Origin: Camelus dromedarius
Taxonomy: Eukaryota
Direction of reading: 5' to 3'
DNA length: 64,000 bases
Assembly (NCBI RefSeq): GCF_036321535.1
Contig: NC_087437.1
Coordinates: 39,062,001 to 39,126,000 of the forward strand
Under the pieces are notes generated by a model that was given only the letters and a program-made list of their open reading frames with translations, was not told the origin of the DNA and ran no database searches. This document shows, in pieces, positions 27,205 to 41,079 of this stretch. The translations under genes were made by a program, and so were the position numbers. The first letter of the stretch is position 1. Each line of letters starts with the position of its first letter.

Positions 27205-30200
27205 GTAAGAAAATGATCACAGATGCAGAAAAATATTCATAAAATTATTTAATAGGAAAATACAACTTAAATCCTTAATAAAGGGACATGATCAAATTAT
27301 AGTATTCATACAGAGGAATATTATGCAGCCAATATAAGTATATATTCAATGACAATTTAGTGACATAAACACATGCTTACGTTATAGTACTATGTTAAAA
27401 GCAAAAGCAGAATACAAAACTGAAAGTAGATATAATGACACATTTACATATGCATTCACATCTGCCATCAATCTTACCAGCCTAAAATGTGATTTTTTAC
27501 TATATGTTATGTCTATACACCAGCCAACCAGCCAGAAAGCAGGCCCATCAGTTATCTCTGAGAGTTTCTTGTGGGTAGGTCTACTAATGTTTTGTAACAG
27601 GTCCTTCTCTGGCCTTTGTTCTGGTCTTCACGTCTTGACCTTGCTGCCTGATGGAGCTTGTGAGATCTCCACTTTCTGGGACTGGCTGGTAGCTAATGAT
27701 TATTAGCTGCTGGACCAGTCTAGGAGTGGGGACCCTTCTCTCTCTAATGCCCCCACAGCACAATCACTCCAGACTTTGCTAACGCCATAGGAGTAATAGA
27801 AGTAGAGCACAGATTTGCTCCTGTCAGTGGCGACTCACAGCAGTTAACAATCCGAATGTAATCTCCTATTATTAGCCTTCTCAGAAGGTCTCCAAATACT
27901 AGCTTAATTCCCAGAAATGGGAATTTCCAGGCAGGTTCATATCTAGAATCTGGTCTTAATGCAGTGCAGCCAGGGAGAGCCATAAAAAGAGGAAGAAGAC
28001 TTTTCTGCCTGAAGTCAAATTCCCCCTCAATGTTCTGGTCCAGAGTGGTTGATGATGGAAACATTCACTTCCCGCAGAGGAAATTTTTCTCATAAGGAGG
28101 ATGCATGGATCCTCATGACCTCTATGATAATCACAGTAGCCACAGCACACTTCCCGAAGTCATTCAGTCTTAACTAGCACTGACGCAGGACGACAGTGCC
28201 GTCCAGGTCATAAGCCCCTAGACTCTGAAGTGATGGGGGGCTGATGGGGAAGACATGTCCTGTCTGCCATGATTGAATCCCCAAGTTTCTCTGCAACCCA
28301 GTGCTTGTGTAAGAGTACATCATGCACCAAGGATACATTTTTTCATCGGATAAACCAAATGTGGATTTAGGGGACAAAAATATTGTCTAACTCTGCAAAG
28401 AACCCCTAACAGTGGAAGTGTACCAACCAAATGCCTGATTAACTAAAAAGCTTGCAAAAGTCATCCCTTGCAAAAGTAAAATTTCCTTAAGGGAAAATTC
28501 TCTCTTACCCTAGAATTCATAAATTGCTTACAATCTCCAAAAATTGTATTCAAAATAAAATAAGGTGGTCTTCGATGGTCATTTGTGAATAGTGGTTATC
28601 TCTGGGTATTGAGATTATACTTTTTAAAATTCTGTTTTTAAAATTTCCTGTTGAACATATATTATTAAAAATAATTTTAAGTCTATGTTGGAGTGTACTT
28701 TCATTTACTATAAATAATTAATAGTTGTTTGCCTAGCTAGCTTATTAATGGCTTGAACACCAATGACTAGATAGAGTTTTAATTTAAATGAAAAATTCCA
28801 ATTCTGAAGAAAAGCAGATACTTCTGTTAGTAGAGTGATGATTATGTCTGTAAGAATTTTAGTCAGAATTTATAGCAGTTAAGAAAAAACTAGAAAGTAA
28901 CAAACAAGATAAAATCTTATAAGCCTCGGCCAATTAAATCAGAACATTATTAACTCTCTGTTGTTTGAAACTTGAAAGGAAGTTCATTTTATTTTGTGTG
29001 TGTTTCTATTTTGGTGATGAAGGAGAGATTTATACAAATGAAGTTAATCACTGAACTGTCAAATGAACTATTTTAAAGTACAAACCCATGGATAATTCTG
29101 TGCCATGGGCCCTGAGGTCATCAAAAGTTTCCAGCATTAATGAGATTATTATATCATTATATTATTATTTGTGATAACATTTCATATATTAGGTTTAAGT
29201 AACCATCTCGGCTCTAATTTTTGAGCCAATTAATCATATATGCCAACGGAATTCAAGTTGAGTTTGTTTCAAACTCAGTTCCCTATGACTGTGGTGGAAG
29301 TGGGCAAAAAACTTTAGTTCAGTTTTAAGTGCACAATATTTAAAAGAATTGAGCTCGTGAATGGAATCTTGTGATTGGAAATGCCAGGAGGTCAGTTAGG
29401 AGTTCTATAGGATTTCTGTGAATTAAAATTGAATTTTGGTGAATCTCCAAGTAATGTAATAAATATTCATTTTATAGGACTAAAAACATTGTTGATTTGT
29501 CTTTCTCTTAAAGTAGTCTGGAGTAGATCATTTCACTAGATTTTATAGAAACCACTATACCTTTTTGAAAGTACAATTTCTTAATATAGATTTGATGGCG
29601 AAGCCTTTATCATCCTCTTTTATTGACCCAAATAAAACTCTTTGGAGATATTTTTATTTTTATTTCTTTTACTAATGTGATGTTTCTTTGGTTTATGTTG
29701 TGAAATATATATAGACCATGTAGTTTGGGATACTGAGATTCAAATGTGTATGCTTTATCTACAGTGAAACAGCTTTTTCACAAATGCCATAAAAACAATG
29801 GTTAGAATCACACCTGAAACAGAGATGTTCTAATTCATTTGAGGTGTTTTAAAACAACTTACATGACGTGGTTGCCCTTGGACTTTTACTTCCATCCATC
29901 AGTTGAAATGTCAACTTTTAAATCATTTCTTAATTTCACTTTCTCGCTTTCTTTTTCAGCAAAATAACTTATTCATCCTTTTACTGACCTTGATAAATGG
30001 TTCTCTTTGTTATCAGAACAAAGTAACTGTGCCCTTTAACTGGATAATTATCAGGAAACTATGAGATCAAAGAAGGAATAGTTAATTTTATGTCTTCTAC
30101 TTTCTCTGAATCTTCTATGCTCTTTGAAGTCACTCCTTATCGACCAGAAAAGAAAGCCTACCTTAAGTGTGGGCATACAGGTCAGTAAACACAGTTTCTG

Positions 30201-33200
30201 AACTCAGGCAAAGGCCATCGTTTAAAATAAGAATACAGTTTTCCTTTATTCTTGAAGAGGTTAACTACATATGTCTTTTTTTCTATCAAGCAAATAGCAA
30301 ACAGGTCAAATTGAAATTTTTTCCATTAATATTCATATATTTTTTATAATTCAGTATTGAATTTGCCTATATGAATTAAGTAAGGACAAGTCCATTTCTT
30401 ACAGAATAAATATATTAGGCCAAAAGCTATAATCTCTGTCTTCATTTTACAGTTACCTCCGCATAGATAGTAAGCAAAAGGACTTTGTTGTCTTGGATTT
30501 TTTTTTCCTGCGTACATTCTTATGCATTAGGTAGCTATCTGTTCTACTGGATAATTTCTGTTAAATAAGTTGATAATCCCAGAAAATGAAGCCTGGTACA
30601 TTCATCTCTTGGGTCATTACTGCCTCCTGCAAGTTTTGGCTAGTGAGGTCATCTTCAGAATACCTCCTGACTCAGTGTTCAGAGAGACTGTTCATCTAAA
30701 ACAGCGCGAGGTGATAAGACTCATTTCCCCCCACCTGGTGAAAGAGAACAATCTCTTTGTTTTTGCTCAGAAGTGCTATGTAGAAATGAAATGATACACC
30801 TGATATTTTATGACTAACCCTTTCTCTTACAGAGTTACTGTTTTTCATGTTTTTAGTCTAATATATCTTGGCAAACAGTGAAGCAGGTAACACTATCATT
30901 TGGCTTTAATGACTGGCTTCTGAAAAGCATGACCATTCATCAAATTTATTTTTAAATTACAGTTCCCAAGGCCATTCACAAATATTTGTTGAAACCATGT
31001 TATTACTGTAAAGATTAATTGTGGTAATTCCGTTGTCTAAGGGTTAGATAAAGAGACTCCTTTTGATGAAATAAGTAATAAAACATAGAAACAGGCAGTT
31101 CTATGGTTCAATATTCATGTGTCTGTGCTAGAATCTCTACATAAATTTGATAAGTTTTACAGATATTTTCTGAGTGAAAATATGCCAATACTTTTTCAGC
31201 ACACTTACATACCCCTCTGGTCTTCAGTCTCGTTTGCTGTGTCCAATAAATTTTGATATCTCCTGAAGGACCATTATGGTTTATTGGCTTAATGAAGCAA
31301 GTTGGAAAAAGTTTTGTGCAGCACCTTTCTGTGCTCTGGGTGTTTTATAAAGTTGCAAAGTATGTTCCAATTTTAAACAATTCCCAGTGATGAGTTTATT
31401 TCCAGCATGGGCAAAACTGGACCTGAGGGAATAGTCACATGAGTATCTTAAACACACACACCGGCTCTGTCACCTCCCTTAGATCATGTTAACTGCCCCA
31501 AAGAGAGAATCCCACAAGCGGCTATGAACAGAGTATTAATTTCCTCTTTTGGAAATTCACCAGGATGTCACGGTCAGCAGAACTGTTTGGGGAATGGGTT
31601 GAGAGTCTGACGATTAACATTTTGTCATACAGGAGAAGATCTCTTAAAAAAGAGTTCTTTCCTTATGTAGATTCTTTCTCAATGTATAGATTTTCACAGC
31701 TAGAACCTTTGGTGTTGGATACTGAAGAATTCTGATTTTCCTTACTGAGGTCAATTCCTAAAACAGGAATTTTAAAATATACTTCTTAATTTAGAGATAC
31801 GAAATATGAAGAAAACAATATATAGGCCTGTTTAGTGTTTGGAAAGGACAGATGAATCTTGAAAATGTCCTAACAAGCATGAATAGGAGTATGTAATCTT
31901 TTGCTCTTTTGTTGTGATTATGATTTTAAAACCACTGATTCCTAGGCTTTTATTTGTAGCTTAAAGGATACATTTTAATGGACATTTCATGTCATTATTT
32001 TATAATTTTTTCCTAGTATATATTAAATTATTATTCGGGTACCAATTATTATTCCAGTACCATTAAAAGCTTCATGTCAGAAAATATGTTCACTATTCCC
32101 TGAGAAAGGGAATAAGTCTCTAAGATAACCTATTAAGCTAATGGAAACACTTGACTTCAATGATCTGGCTAGAAAAAAATTAGAAGTGTATTGCTAAAAT
32201 AGAATTTTTTTTTTAAAAGATAAAATCACAGCTCTTATACAAATGTAAAATGAATATGTCAAGAGATTTTATTTGACTCAATTAATGAGAAAACCAATAA
32301 GATGCTATAAATAGTTCAAAGGAGAATTCACAGAAACATATATATGAGCAATAAGGAAAGCTGCAATGAATTTACAAATAGATGCAAAACTGTCCATGAG
32401 GCAATAATGAATTGCATTTCACAGGACTCGATTCATTTGCATTTCCATAGACAGGAGTGATTTGGAATATTTTCTGTTTTCTGTAATTTACAGGATTTTA
32501 AATAGCTCAGGGACAGTGAAAGGCAGAGGTAACCAAGAAGGGTGCCCTAATCAGGGCATCCAGCCATCGTTCCAGAAGCCTCTCCCAACTTTTCCTAATA
32601 GTAATAAAGCTGCTCACACGTCATCTTCCCACAAGCTTGCTCATTAGACAAAATCCATGAGTTTTTTGTTAATTTTTATAAGAAAATATCTGGCAAAAAT
32701 AGTTCGATTAGATTCAAACCAATAATTTTAGGGCAGCTATTAAGAACTATGATTCCCAGATGAGTAGAGAATGCTTCCTGCGACAGGAGACCACTTAACC
32801 TGTTGAAAGCAGCAAGGTCTGACGTGTTACGTGCTCTCCATAAATTATAACGTGCTGGGTGAATGTGGCAGAAATTTTGACCTCAGACGGTCAGAGAGCA
32901 TAGACCTTAATGATATTAAACATTTGACTTAAGTACATATGAGAGGGATCTTTTCTTATCATCCACGTCTGATTTTCCTCAAGTGTAACTATTGCAATTG
33001 AGGAGAGACTTTCTTCATGAAGACATGCTAGTGGAGAATGTTGTGCTGTGCCTCAAACCTATGCACACACTTGTAACAAAATTGAAGCACTCTGAGTAGA
33101 GAATTTCTAGATCCAAGACACTGTGCTCTGAAGATGTAGGGGAAAAAAATCATGAATGGAAAAAAACGTTTTAAAGGTCAGAGACGGAAAATGGGAAACC

Positions 33201-34599
33201 CAGTTTTAGAGGTGCCATATCCAAATCTGGGGCCAAATGAGCATGGGCAATTCTGAAAACCAGTGGAGAAGGCTGACAGTAAACATGATAAATGTCCAAG
33301 AGTGGAAATTCTTTGACATTGAAGATTGTAAGCTTGGTATCTACTTACAAAGGAGAAAACTGAGTGTATCCTGAGAGAGGTTAGTAAAATTCAAGACTTA
33401 CTTAGTTCTCAGGATGCAACAGTAGTCATTGAGTTCATTAGGATATATGCATATTTTTTTTTCTTGCTTTACAGGGTTTTTGCCTGGTGTATTAACACCA
33501 AAATGTAGCCAACTTTACCTATGACTTTTTTTTTTTGTAATAAGGTTTGAAAGCTTCCTATATTCACTTTTCTGAGCTCAGGGAACTCATATGGTGGCAG
33601 ATTTAATAGATAAGTCCTGTCCTACTCATTAGTGGGGACAGATGTTTCCCCAGGACTACTGAGAGATGGTCTTAGTAATAATAATTACAATAAAAAATCT
33701 CTGCTTTATTAAGATGTGCTTCCGAGGGAAAGTCTCTCATTTTAAAAGATCAAGAGCTTCTAACGTGTCCTACTCACCAGACTCTAAGTCATCTAGTGCA
33801 TGCTGGTGAAGTGTCCTAAATACAATTGCTTGGGACCTCTTGTCCTTGACTGGCATGTGATGGACTACCAAAATGAATAAAGTAAAGGCAGCTTAGAAGT
33901 CAATTTTGGCTTCTGCTAAACTAATGACAAAGTGAATTGTTTATACTGATTAATTTACACTCTTTTTTTTTTTTTAAATAAAATTATGCATTTGTAGTCT
34001 GTCAGTTTTGGGCCAAGTGTTGTGGAGGTGTTTTGGTGTAGTATAGAGACTGGATTTTTATTTCTCATACTGTCATTTCCTAACTTTGCAACTTCCTTCT
34101 TGACTGGAAAGGAGAAAATTTCTAGATAAAGATGTGTGTTTTGTTTTTTTTAATAAACATTGTATTTTCCAATGTAAAGGAGTAGAACATAAGATTAAAG
34201 AGGAACATTTTTGCAATCAGAGTGCAGTAGACATGGCTGTAGAATTAATAGACTCAGGTAAAACTTGTCACCTGATAAAAATAAAGATAATAGGAATCAA
34301 TTCAAAATGTATGCAGTTTGCATCTACAGATATTAACCTAGAAAGGTTTGCACAGATGTTGCTGATAGAAACATAGGACTTTTAAGAAATAGAGATATTT
34401 TCTAAATCCAAGGAGAAAAGGTTATGGTATCATCCAGATATTATCTAAAATATAATCAGATTTTTTCTTCCATCTTGAGGTAATGTTAAAATAAATGTTC
34501 TGGTTGACTGGCAATAAGGGATATAAAAAACAAAATAATTTACTTTCAAGTTGGGGAGAGACCCCTCTCTAGTGGATATAAGTATTTGGAAAATAGAAA

Positions 34600-34855
34600 A
34601 GTGCACTCTAGTATAAAACTGATTTGATACTTGATCTGGGGTCAGGAGACATGTGTTCAATGCTATCTTGCCACTTTTTAACCAACTATCCTTAGGAATA
34701 TCGCTTAAACTCTATCCTCTTTCCTCATCTTTGAAGTGAGGTCACTGATACCACCACAGGATTGTTATAAGGAATAAATTAAATAAAATTACCTGACTTA
34801 ATAAGTGTACAGTCCTACCACATAGTAAGTGTTCAGTAGGTACTTATTGGCATTA
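34600..34855 (+). mobile_element. MIR SINE
   Basis: TTTCCTCATCTTTGAAGTGAGG...GATTGTTATAAGGAATAAAT...ACATAGTAAGTGTTCAGTA. Confidence 0.75.
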
Positions 34856-36415
34856 CCTCCTTCTAGAATCTGGTTAGAATGACTCATGGAACAGTTCAGT
34901 TCCTTTGCTATAATACCATGATAGGCATCCTTGTCTTTCTCACCATGGCAGAGAGGTACCACTTCATGTCGTATCAGTGACAGATCCATGTGCCATCAGC
35001 TCCTGGATAATGCTAGGATGTCTAGGTGAAACAGTGAAAACTACCAAGATGTATAATTTGAAAAAGGCCTCTCAATTGATTCTGATGTGATTCTCTCTAA
35101 TTGGAGAATTGGCATAATTTAATTACACATTTTTTTCTGAAGTATACTGATGACAAGAGGAGGACCTGTGAATGAAATGCACAATTTGTCCTGCTCTAGA
35201 AATTATACAAAGTGTAATTGTCACATTATTATTGTGAATTATAAATTAATCACGCATCATCTGCAGGTGAGCTGTTAAGATTCAAACCTGTAGACCTGAG
35301 GACTCAGAGCATCAAGGTGGTGTGTGTGGCCAGGGAACTGACTTTTCTCTCACATGTTTTAACCTACTTTTCTGCCCAGAAATGGACTATACTTTTCCCT
35401 CAGAAATCTGCACTGTCCAATCAGCCAACCGTCTCAAACCAGAGATAGTCTTAGGCATAGTTTTAAAATAAGTGACATCCCATCAGTGGAACTAGAAACC
35501 CTTTCTTGAAGGCTACTTACTAGTTTCAACAAAAGGGGAAAAAAGTTTAGTTATAGAGAATGGACTCCTAAATATGTTGTTTTTCTTGGGCACATTGTAT
35601 ATGCTGAAAAGTTAATGCTGTTTTTAAAGTTAATTCATGATAATTGAACTGAAGTGCAGGGAAAGTGCTGTTAGAGAGTCTATTTATGAACCCTGTGCCC
35701 TCTTTGTCAATTCCGTAAAAGCACCGTTCAGTAGAAGAAAGGGGAGTGAGCTGACTGCATGGTGTGCACTTAGCCATACGTGCGTCCTTTCCCCTGAAAA
35801 TATCTGTTTTTCTAAGTGCTTTTCTTTTAATCCGTCCACCTCACTGAGTCAGCAGGCCTGCGAGGCCCATTATCACTCCACTTTGAAGATGGGGAAGGGC
35901 TGAGAAGATGTATTTTGGTAGTGATTCACCACGAATCACTTTTGTTGCTCCGAGGTGTGGGTCGGAGTTGGCCGTATAGGTCAGGAGGAGGAGAATGTAG
36001 GACAGGTGAATTAAATAAATCAACTACTGTTTGGATGATCACACTGACAAGTATTTTGAATAAATACTATGCCCAGTCTTTGTTGGAGTGTGGGATATTG
36101 TTTTTTCATGAGTACTGCTGGGAGTGAATCCTTTATAGGAAGCATTACTCTTCACCCAGCAATTCAGCTTTACAACGGCAGAAAGTTGGCAACCACCTTT
36201 GTCTTCAACAGTAGCAGGTTAACTGACTTAGGCTCTATTCAAACAATGGAGTACTAAGTAAGCGTTAAAATGATGGCCTAAAATGATATTTAATTACATG
36301 GAAAACTATCCTTGATAAATTAAGTGAAAAAGCTATTAAAAGACTATACAAATTTTTTTGTTTCTTTTAAGAAAAGTATTTATGTGGAAAAAAAGACCAC
36401 TAGAATATGTGTATA

Positions 36416-36445
36416 TTGTAAATTGACTATACTTCAGTTAAAAAA
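36416..36445 (+). mobile_element. 30-bp L1 3'-terminal insertion
   Basis: TTGTAAATTGACTATACTTCAGTTAAAAAA between 14-bp repeats AGAATATGT(G/T)TATA (36402-36415 and 36446-36459). Confidence 0.8.
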
Positions 36446-36574
36446 AGAATATGTTTATAATATTAACAGTAAATTTTTGGTGATGAGATTTAAATTTCCT
36501 TGTTCTCCTTATTACCTTTAATAACTTAAGAAATTATAGATTTATAAGAAATTATAGACAAATAATTTTTAAAA

Positions 36575-36788
36575 ATATACTGTTGTATATAAAATAGATA
36601 AACAACAAGGCTATACTGTATAGCACAGGGAACTATATTCAATATTTTGTAGTAACCTATAATGAAAAAGAATATGAAAAGGAATATATGTATGTATGTG
36701 TCTGACTAATATTATGCTGTACATCAGAAATTGCCACAATGTTGTAAACGGACTGTACTTCAATTAAAAAAAGCAAAAAAAAAAAAAA
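36575..36788 (+). mobile_element. L1 3' end with poly(A)
   Basis: TATATAAAATAGATAAACAACAAGG...GCACAGGGAACTATATTCAATAT...TACTTCAATTAAAAAAAGCAAAAAAA. Confidence 0.92.
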
Positions 36789-37259
36789 GTATGTGCAAAG
36801 AAGTCATGTTTGTAAGCAAAAAGAAATTAGAAAGCAGGTGAGGCTGATTCCACCATTTTTCTAATTAATTACCCAACTGTGTTACATTGCTCTCAAGAAC
36901 TGAACCTTCCAGAAGCCTCTTTGCAAATAAAACCATATTAAGGGAGAAACATATAATGACCCAGAACATGTAATTGTGAAAGAAATGAGGAAACCTCATC
37001 AATGAGTAAAGGCTTAAAAAATAATTGAATCCACAATCGCTGCTTATCCTGAAAACAAAATCAGATAGTAACTCTTTAGAGGTAATAAAGGAGAGTGCAT
37101 TATTTTGTGTAAATCTGTGTTTTAAAATATCTGTAATACAAGATGTTTAGCATATAAAATATTTCATGAGCTAACAGAAAATCATGCAAAGACAGCCTCA
37201 GCTTGTCCTGGGGAACTGGCTGAGATCCTCTCAGCACTGTCTACATGGGATAAAAGTGG

Positions 37260-37480
37260 GTGGTCTGAGGGATTGGGCTGGTGGTGTTGGAAAGAACAGA
37301 GAGTCAGAACGGCTTTCTGTTTACCTCATTGGATTGTGTGACCTCTTTGGACCTTGGGTTTCTAATCTTAAAATTGGAGAAAATAGTAATAAATACCTAT
37401 TAAAGCTGTTAAATAAAAAGCGTATTTAAGGTGCTTAGAAAATGCTTGCCAAATAGCAGTGATTCAATGAATGTTAGCTC
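37260..37480 (+). mobile_element. MIR SINE
   Basis: TTTCTAATCTTAAAATTGGAGAAAATAGTAA...GTGCTTAGAAAATGCTTGCCAAATAGCAG...AATGTTAGCT. Confidence 0.7.
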
Positions 37481-39095
37481 TGTGCTTGAATTTGAAGTCT
37501 CCCTTGGTGATTCACATTTAATTATTGAAAAGGCTAATGGCTTCAAAAGTAGCCATTTTAGAGACTGAATTCACAGCAGGGAGAGAGACTCAAGCATTAC
37601 TCTTTCACAGAACTCCAAGAACAGGTCTTGGGCTAATGTATTCAATTTAGTACCAAAGGGCCATGGAACAATGAGTTTTCAAATTTCTATCATTTGTTTG
37701 GGTTCAGATTTGACTTTGATAAGTTCACAAGTGCAGAGATTCTTTCAGGTAGAGAATGAGTTGGGTTTTCATCCTGGAAACTTCATATCCAGTAAGTTAA
37801 CTTGATTGGCAGGGATGCTACGGGAGAGAGTCAGAAGCAGAATAACAAGTTGGTGGCAATTAAAGACTGAACTACTGAATAAGGAAATGAGGTTGGAATT
37901 TCGTCATCATATCTGACTTCCATAATCTTTACGTTGAGAAAAAAAAAACATAGCTCACTTTTCAAGACTAATTTTTGTGGGGGAAAGACAGTGCTAAAAC
38001 AGTTTTAGGAAATTACATCCTCTGAACTGTTGTATAAAACAGTATTCTCTCTGACATGTAGTTTGCCTTCAAACCATTCAGAAGAGTCTGAATGGTGATT
38101 GATCTGAGTCTTGATCTGAAAAATTCATTGATCGGGCAGCATCTGGACTTGGTGATGTCTCTGGTGGTACATCCTTTCAACCATGACACAGAGGTGAGGG
38201 CTTCTTCTGGGGTCACAGTGATCTGAAGGTTAAATTCAGCCTGTAAAAGCAGAGTCTTACTGGCTTTCTTTAAGTCCATTTTGTTTTAAAATCATTGCAA
38301 CTTAGATTTTCTTTTACCTGTTTTTAAGTCACAATAATTCTGAAATAATCATTTTACCAATCATCACAAAAATGTTCTCTAAGGCTGTCAGGCTACTCTA
38401 TAAAACAAAGCAATTCTATGATCATAAAAAGCTTTAAACATCTAAATTTGGCCTGGGAAAAGAGCACTCTGTATTATCTTTTCCAGACTGGTAAAGCACA
38501 TAGAAATGGATAGTATTCGACATATGGAGTTGTTCATTTTGGAGAACACTTGCTATCACATGTTCTTAAATAACAGGAAGAAGAACACATGCTTAATTAG
38601 CTCAATTGTCTGTGGATAACTGTGGTGATGCTCAACTTTTTGTTCAGTTTCAAGTTTACGATGCCTTGGAAATTCTCTCTGAAATTTGCTATAATATATA
38701 ATGCTTCCACAGTGTGCTTTAATAAAATTATCCAGCCCCACTGAAATCCTCCTGTAGTCCATGAAAATATTTCTACTTAGCAATAATATCACATAAAGCT
38801 GCAGCCCTATCTTAAACTTACAATTTTATGGACTATATTTTGAAGACATAGTATGCTGCAATTTTTATTCAATTGTGAACACATTTTCCCATTGCCTTTT
38901 TTTATAAAAAACAAACTACAACCACCTTTAGCCTTTAATATTAGGCCTTAATATCTCTTTGGGTCATCTAGTCGTTGAATGGCTGTTTGAGGTGTTATGA
39001 AGTCAACTGCTTGTGATGTTAACAGGAAGAAGAGGAGATAACCGTGAGGAGCTGGCATAGTTGCAGTGCAGCACCAGGGGCCTAATGTGTGCATA

Positions 39096-39588
39096 TGTAT
39101 CAGTTTCTCATTGCTACAAACTTGGTGACTTAAGAGAACACACATTTACTATCTTACAGTCCTAGAGGTGAGGAGTCTGAAATGGGTCTCACTGGGCTAA
39201 AATTGCAGTGTTGCAGGGCTGTGTTCCTCCAGGAGGCTTTAGGGGGAGTCTGTTTCCTTGTCTTTTCCATCTTCCAGAGGCTGCCTGCATTTCTTGGATT
39301 TTCTCCTCCTTCCATCCTCAATGTCATCAATGGCCAAGCAAGCCTTTCTCACTAGGCCTCACTCTGACACTGGTTCTTTTGCTTCCCTTTTCCACATTTA
39401 AAGGACCCTTATGATTATGTTTGGCCCACCTGGATAATCCAAGATAATCTATTTTAACATCAGTTTATTAGCAACCTTAATTCCATCTGGAACCTTAATT
39501 CCTGTTTTTCATACAATAGAACGTATTGACAGGTCCTGGGGTTTAGGGCATGGATATTTGTAGGGTTTGGCAGTTATTCTGCCTAACA
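39096..39588 (-). mobile_element. MLT1D-type solo LTR
   Basis: GTCTGAAATGGGTCTCACTGGGCTAAAAT...CCCACCTGGATAATCCAAGATAATCT...ATTCTGCCTAACA. Confidence 0.88.
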
Positions 39589-40179
39589 TGGAATGAATTT
39601 CCATTGTTAAAAGAAGCTTCAAGGCCATGTTTTAGGTGAAATATCTGGATATTTAAATATTTGAAACTAATTGTAATTTTTGACTCTGTAAGATACATAG
39701 CATCTTAGTTGGTCCATTTTGGCCTACAGTCTGCCTGTTAAAACCACTTGTCTATCGCTAGCCTGGCTCTATGCAGAGCATCGTGTCTTTTTACTTATGG
39801 TTTTTCAATCTAATTGAGGAAGTAAACATTTAAGAATGTCTGTAAAGCAACCTGTGAACAACCCAGTATAACGAACACTATGTAGGGGCTTAGGGGATAG
39901 TCAGTGTAGGGTGAAGCAAGGTAGTTCTTCAAAAAAGATAAGTATCTGGATTGACAAAAGAAAATTTCAAAGGTGTTATGATTAGGTAGAAATAGACTAT
40001 GAGGAGAATAGGGTGTGTATTGATGGACACACCTAGGAGCTGGTCTTGCTGGAGTAGGAGGGACCAGACTGGGGAGATATTAAAAGATACAGTAGCCCAG
40101 TTAATACACGGCTTCAAGGCTTTCTTGAAGCCTCTTCTTTGGCTTTATTTTGAGATGTAATAAGTTGGTGTTTTAGGTT

Positions 40180-40522
40180 CTTGGGCCAAAGAAACAGGTA
40201 CATATAATACTGGCTAAGAGAGGTTTTTGAGAGTTACTATAACAGAAATGAAAGCCTGAAGACCAGAAAGATGACTGTTTCAGTTATCTAGGTGTGCAAC
40301 AATGAGAAATCTACACTAGGGTGCTCAGTGTGTATGAAAAAATATCTGAAAGACTTTGCAGAGAAAGGATCAGCAGGGCTAGTGAATGACTGGCTATGAG
40401 GAGCGAACGAGATAAAGGTAATGATAAGATTTCAAGCACAGGGACCAGGAGGACAGTGGCACCATGGAATCATTGGCTAAGGTATATAGATTTGGATAGT
40501 TAAAGCCATTGGATTAGATGTT

Positions 40523-40576
<54 letters not shown>

Positions 40577-41000
40577 CCCCAAGGGAAAAGAGCATAGGGC
40601 CAAGGACCAAGCTTTTAGAGACGCCTATATTAGACAGTGGAGAAAAGGTGAGGGAGTAGAAGACAGAGGAAACCAAAACTTATCCTAACAGTGCCTGTAC
40701 ACCCCAAGGAGGGGGTGCATTTTAGGGTAAGGTAAAAGAGAATTCCATGATAACAAATACAGGGGTTTTTTTTGGTTTTTGTTTGTTAGTTTGTTCGTTG
40801 TAGTGTGAGAATTGTTAGACTGATAGAGAAGTTGAGAGAGCAAGATAAAGAAAACTCGTTCAGAAGGGTTTGCAGTGGAATTTGAAGCAGGAATGGAATA
40901 CTCCTTAAGGCTGAGAAGATGAATTCCCAGGTTTGTTAGTCTTGAAGTGCTGACAAGGTAGAAAAGGCCATAGAAGAGGGGGAGCACTGTTCCTGAGGAG
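40180..41000 (-). mobile_element. Degenerate L2 fragments
   Basis: Purine-rich blocks such as GAATGACTGGCTATGAGG, TTAAAGCCATTGGATTAGATG and TAAGGCTGAGAAG. Confidence 0.5.
40523..40575. repeat. (TTG)17 microsatellite
   Basis: Perfect uninterrupted trinucleotide run read directly. Confidence 0.98.
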
Positions 41001-41079
41001 GTAGGTGCAGTCGGCACCTTGTGTCTACCAGATCACGGCTCCTCTGAGATGTGCTCGTCCTACCCTTCAGGTGAGCCCA

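Noticed and set aside
38073..38096. Perfect 10-bp inverted repeat ACCATTCAGA-AGAG-TCTGAATGGT
   Set aside because: Short enough to arise by chance in 64 kb and does not extend.
38013..38240. Minus-strand acceptor (CTCTGCTTTTACAG) with an open frame
   Set aside because: No good donor and no recognisable protein similarity.
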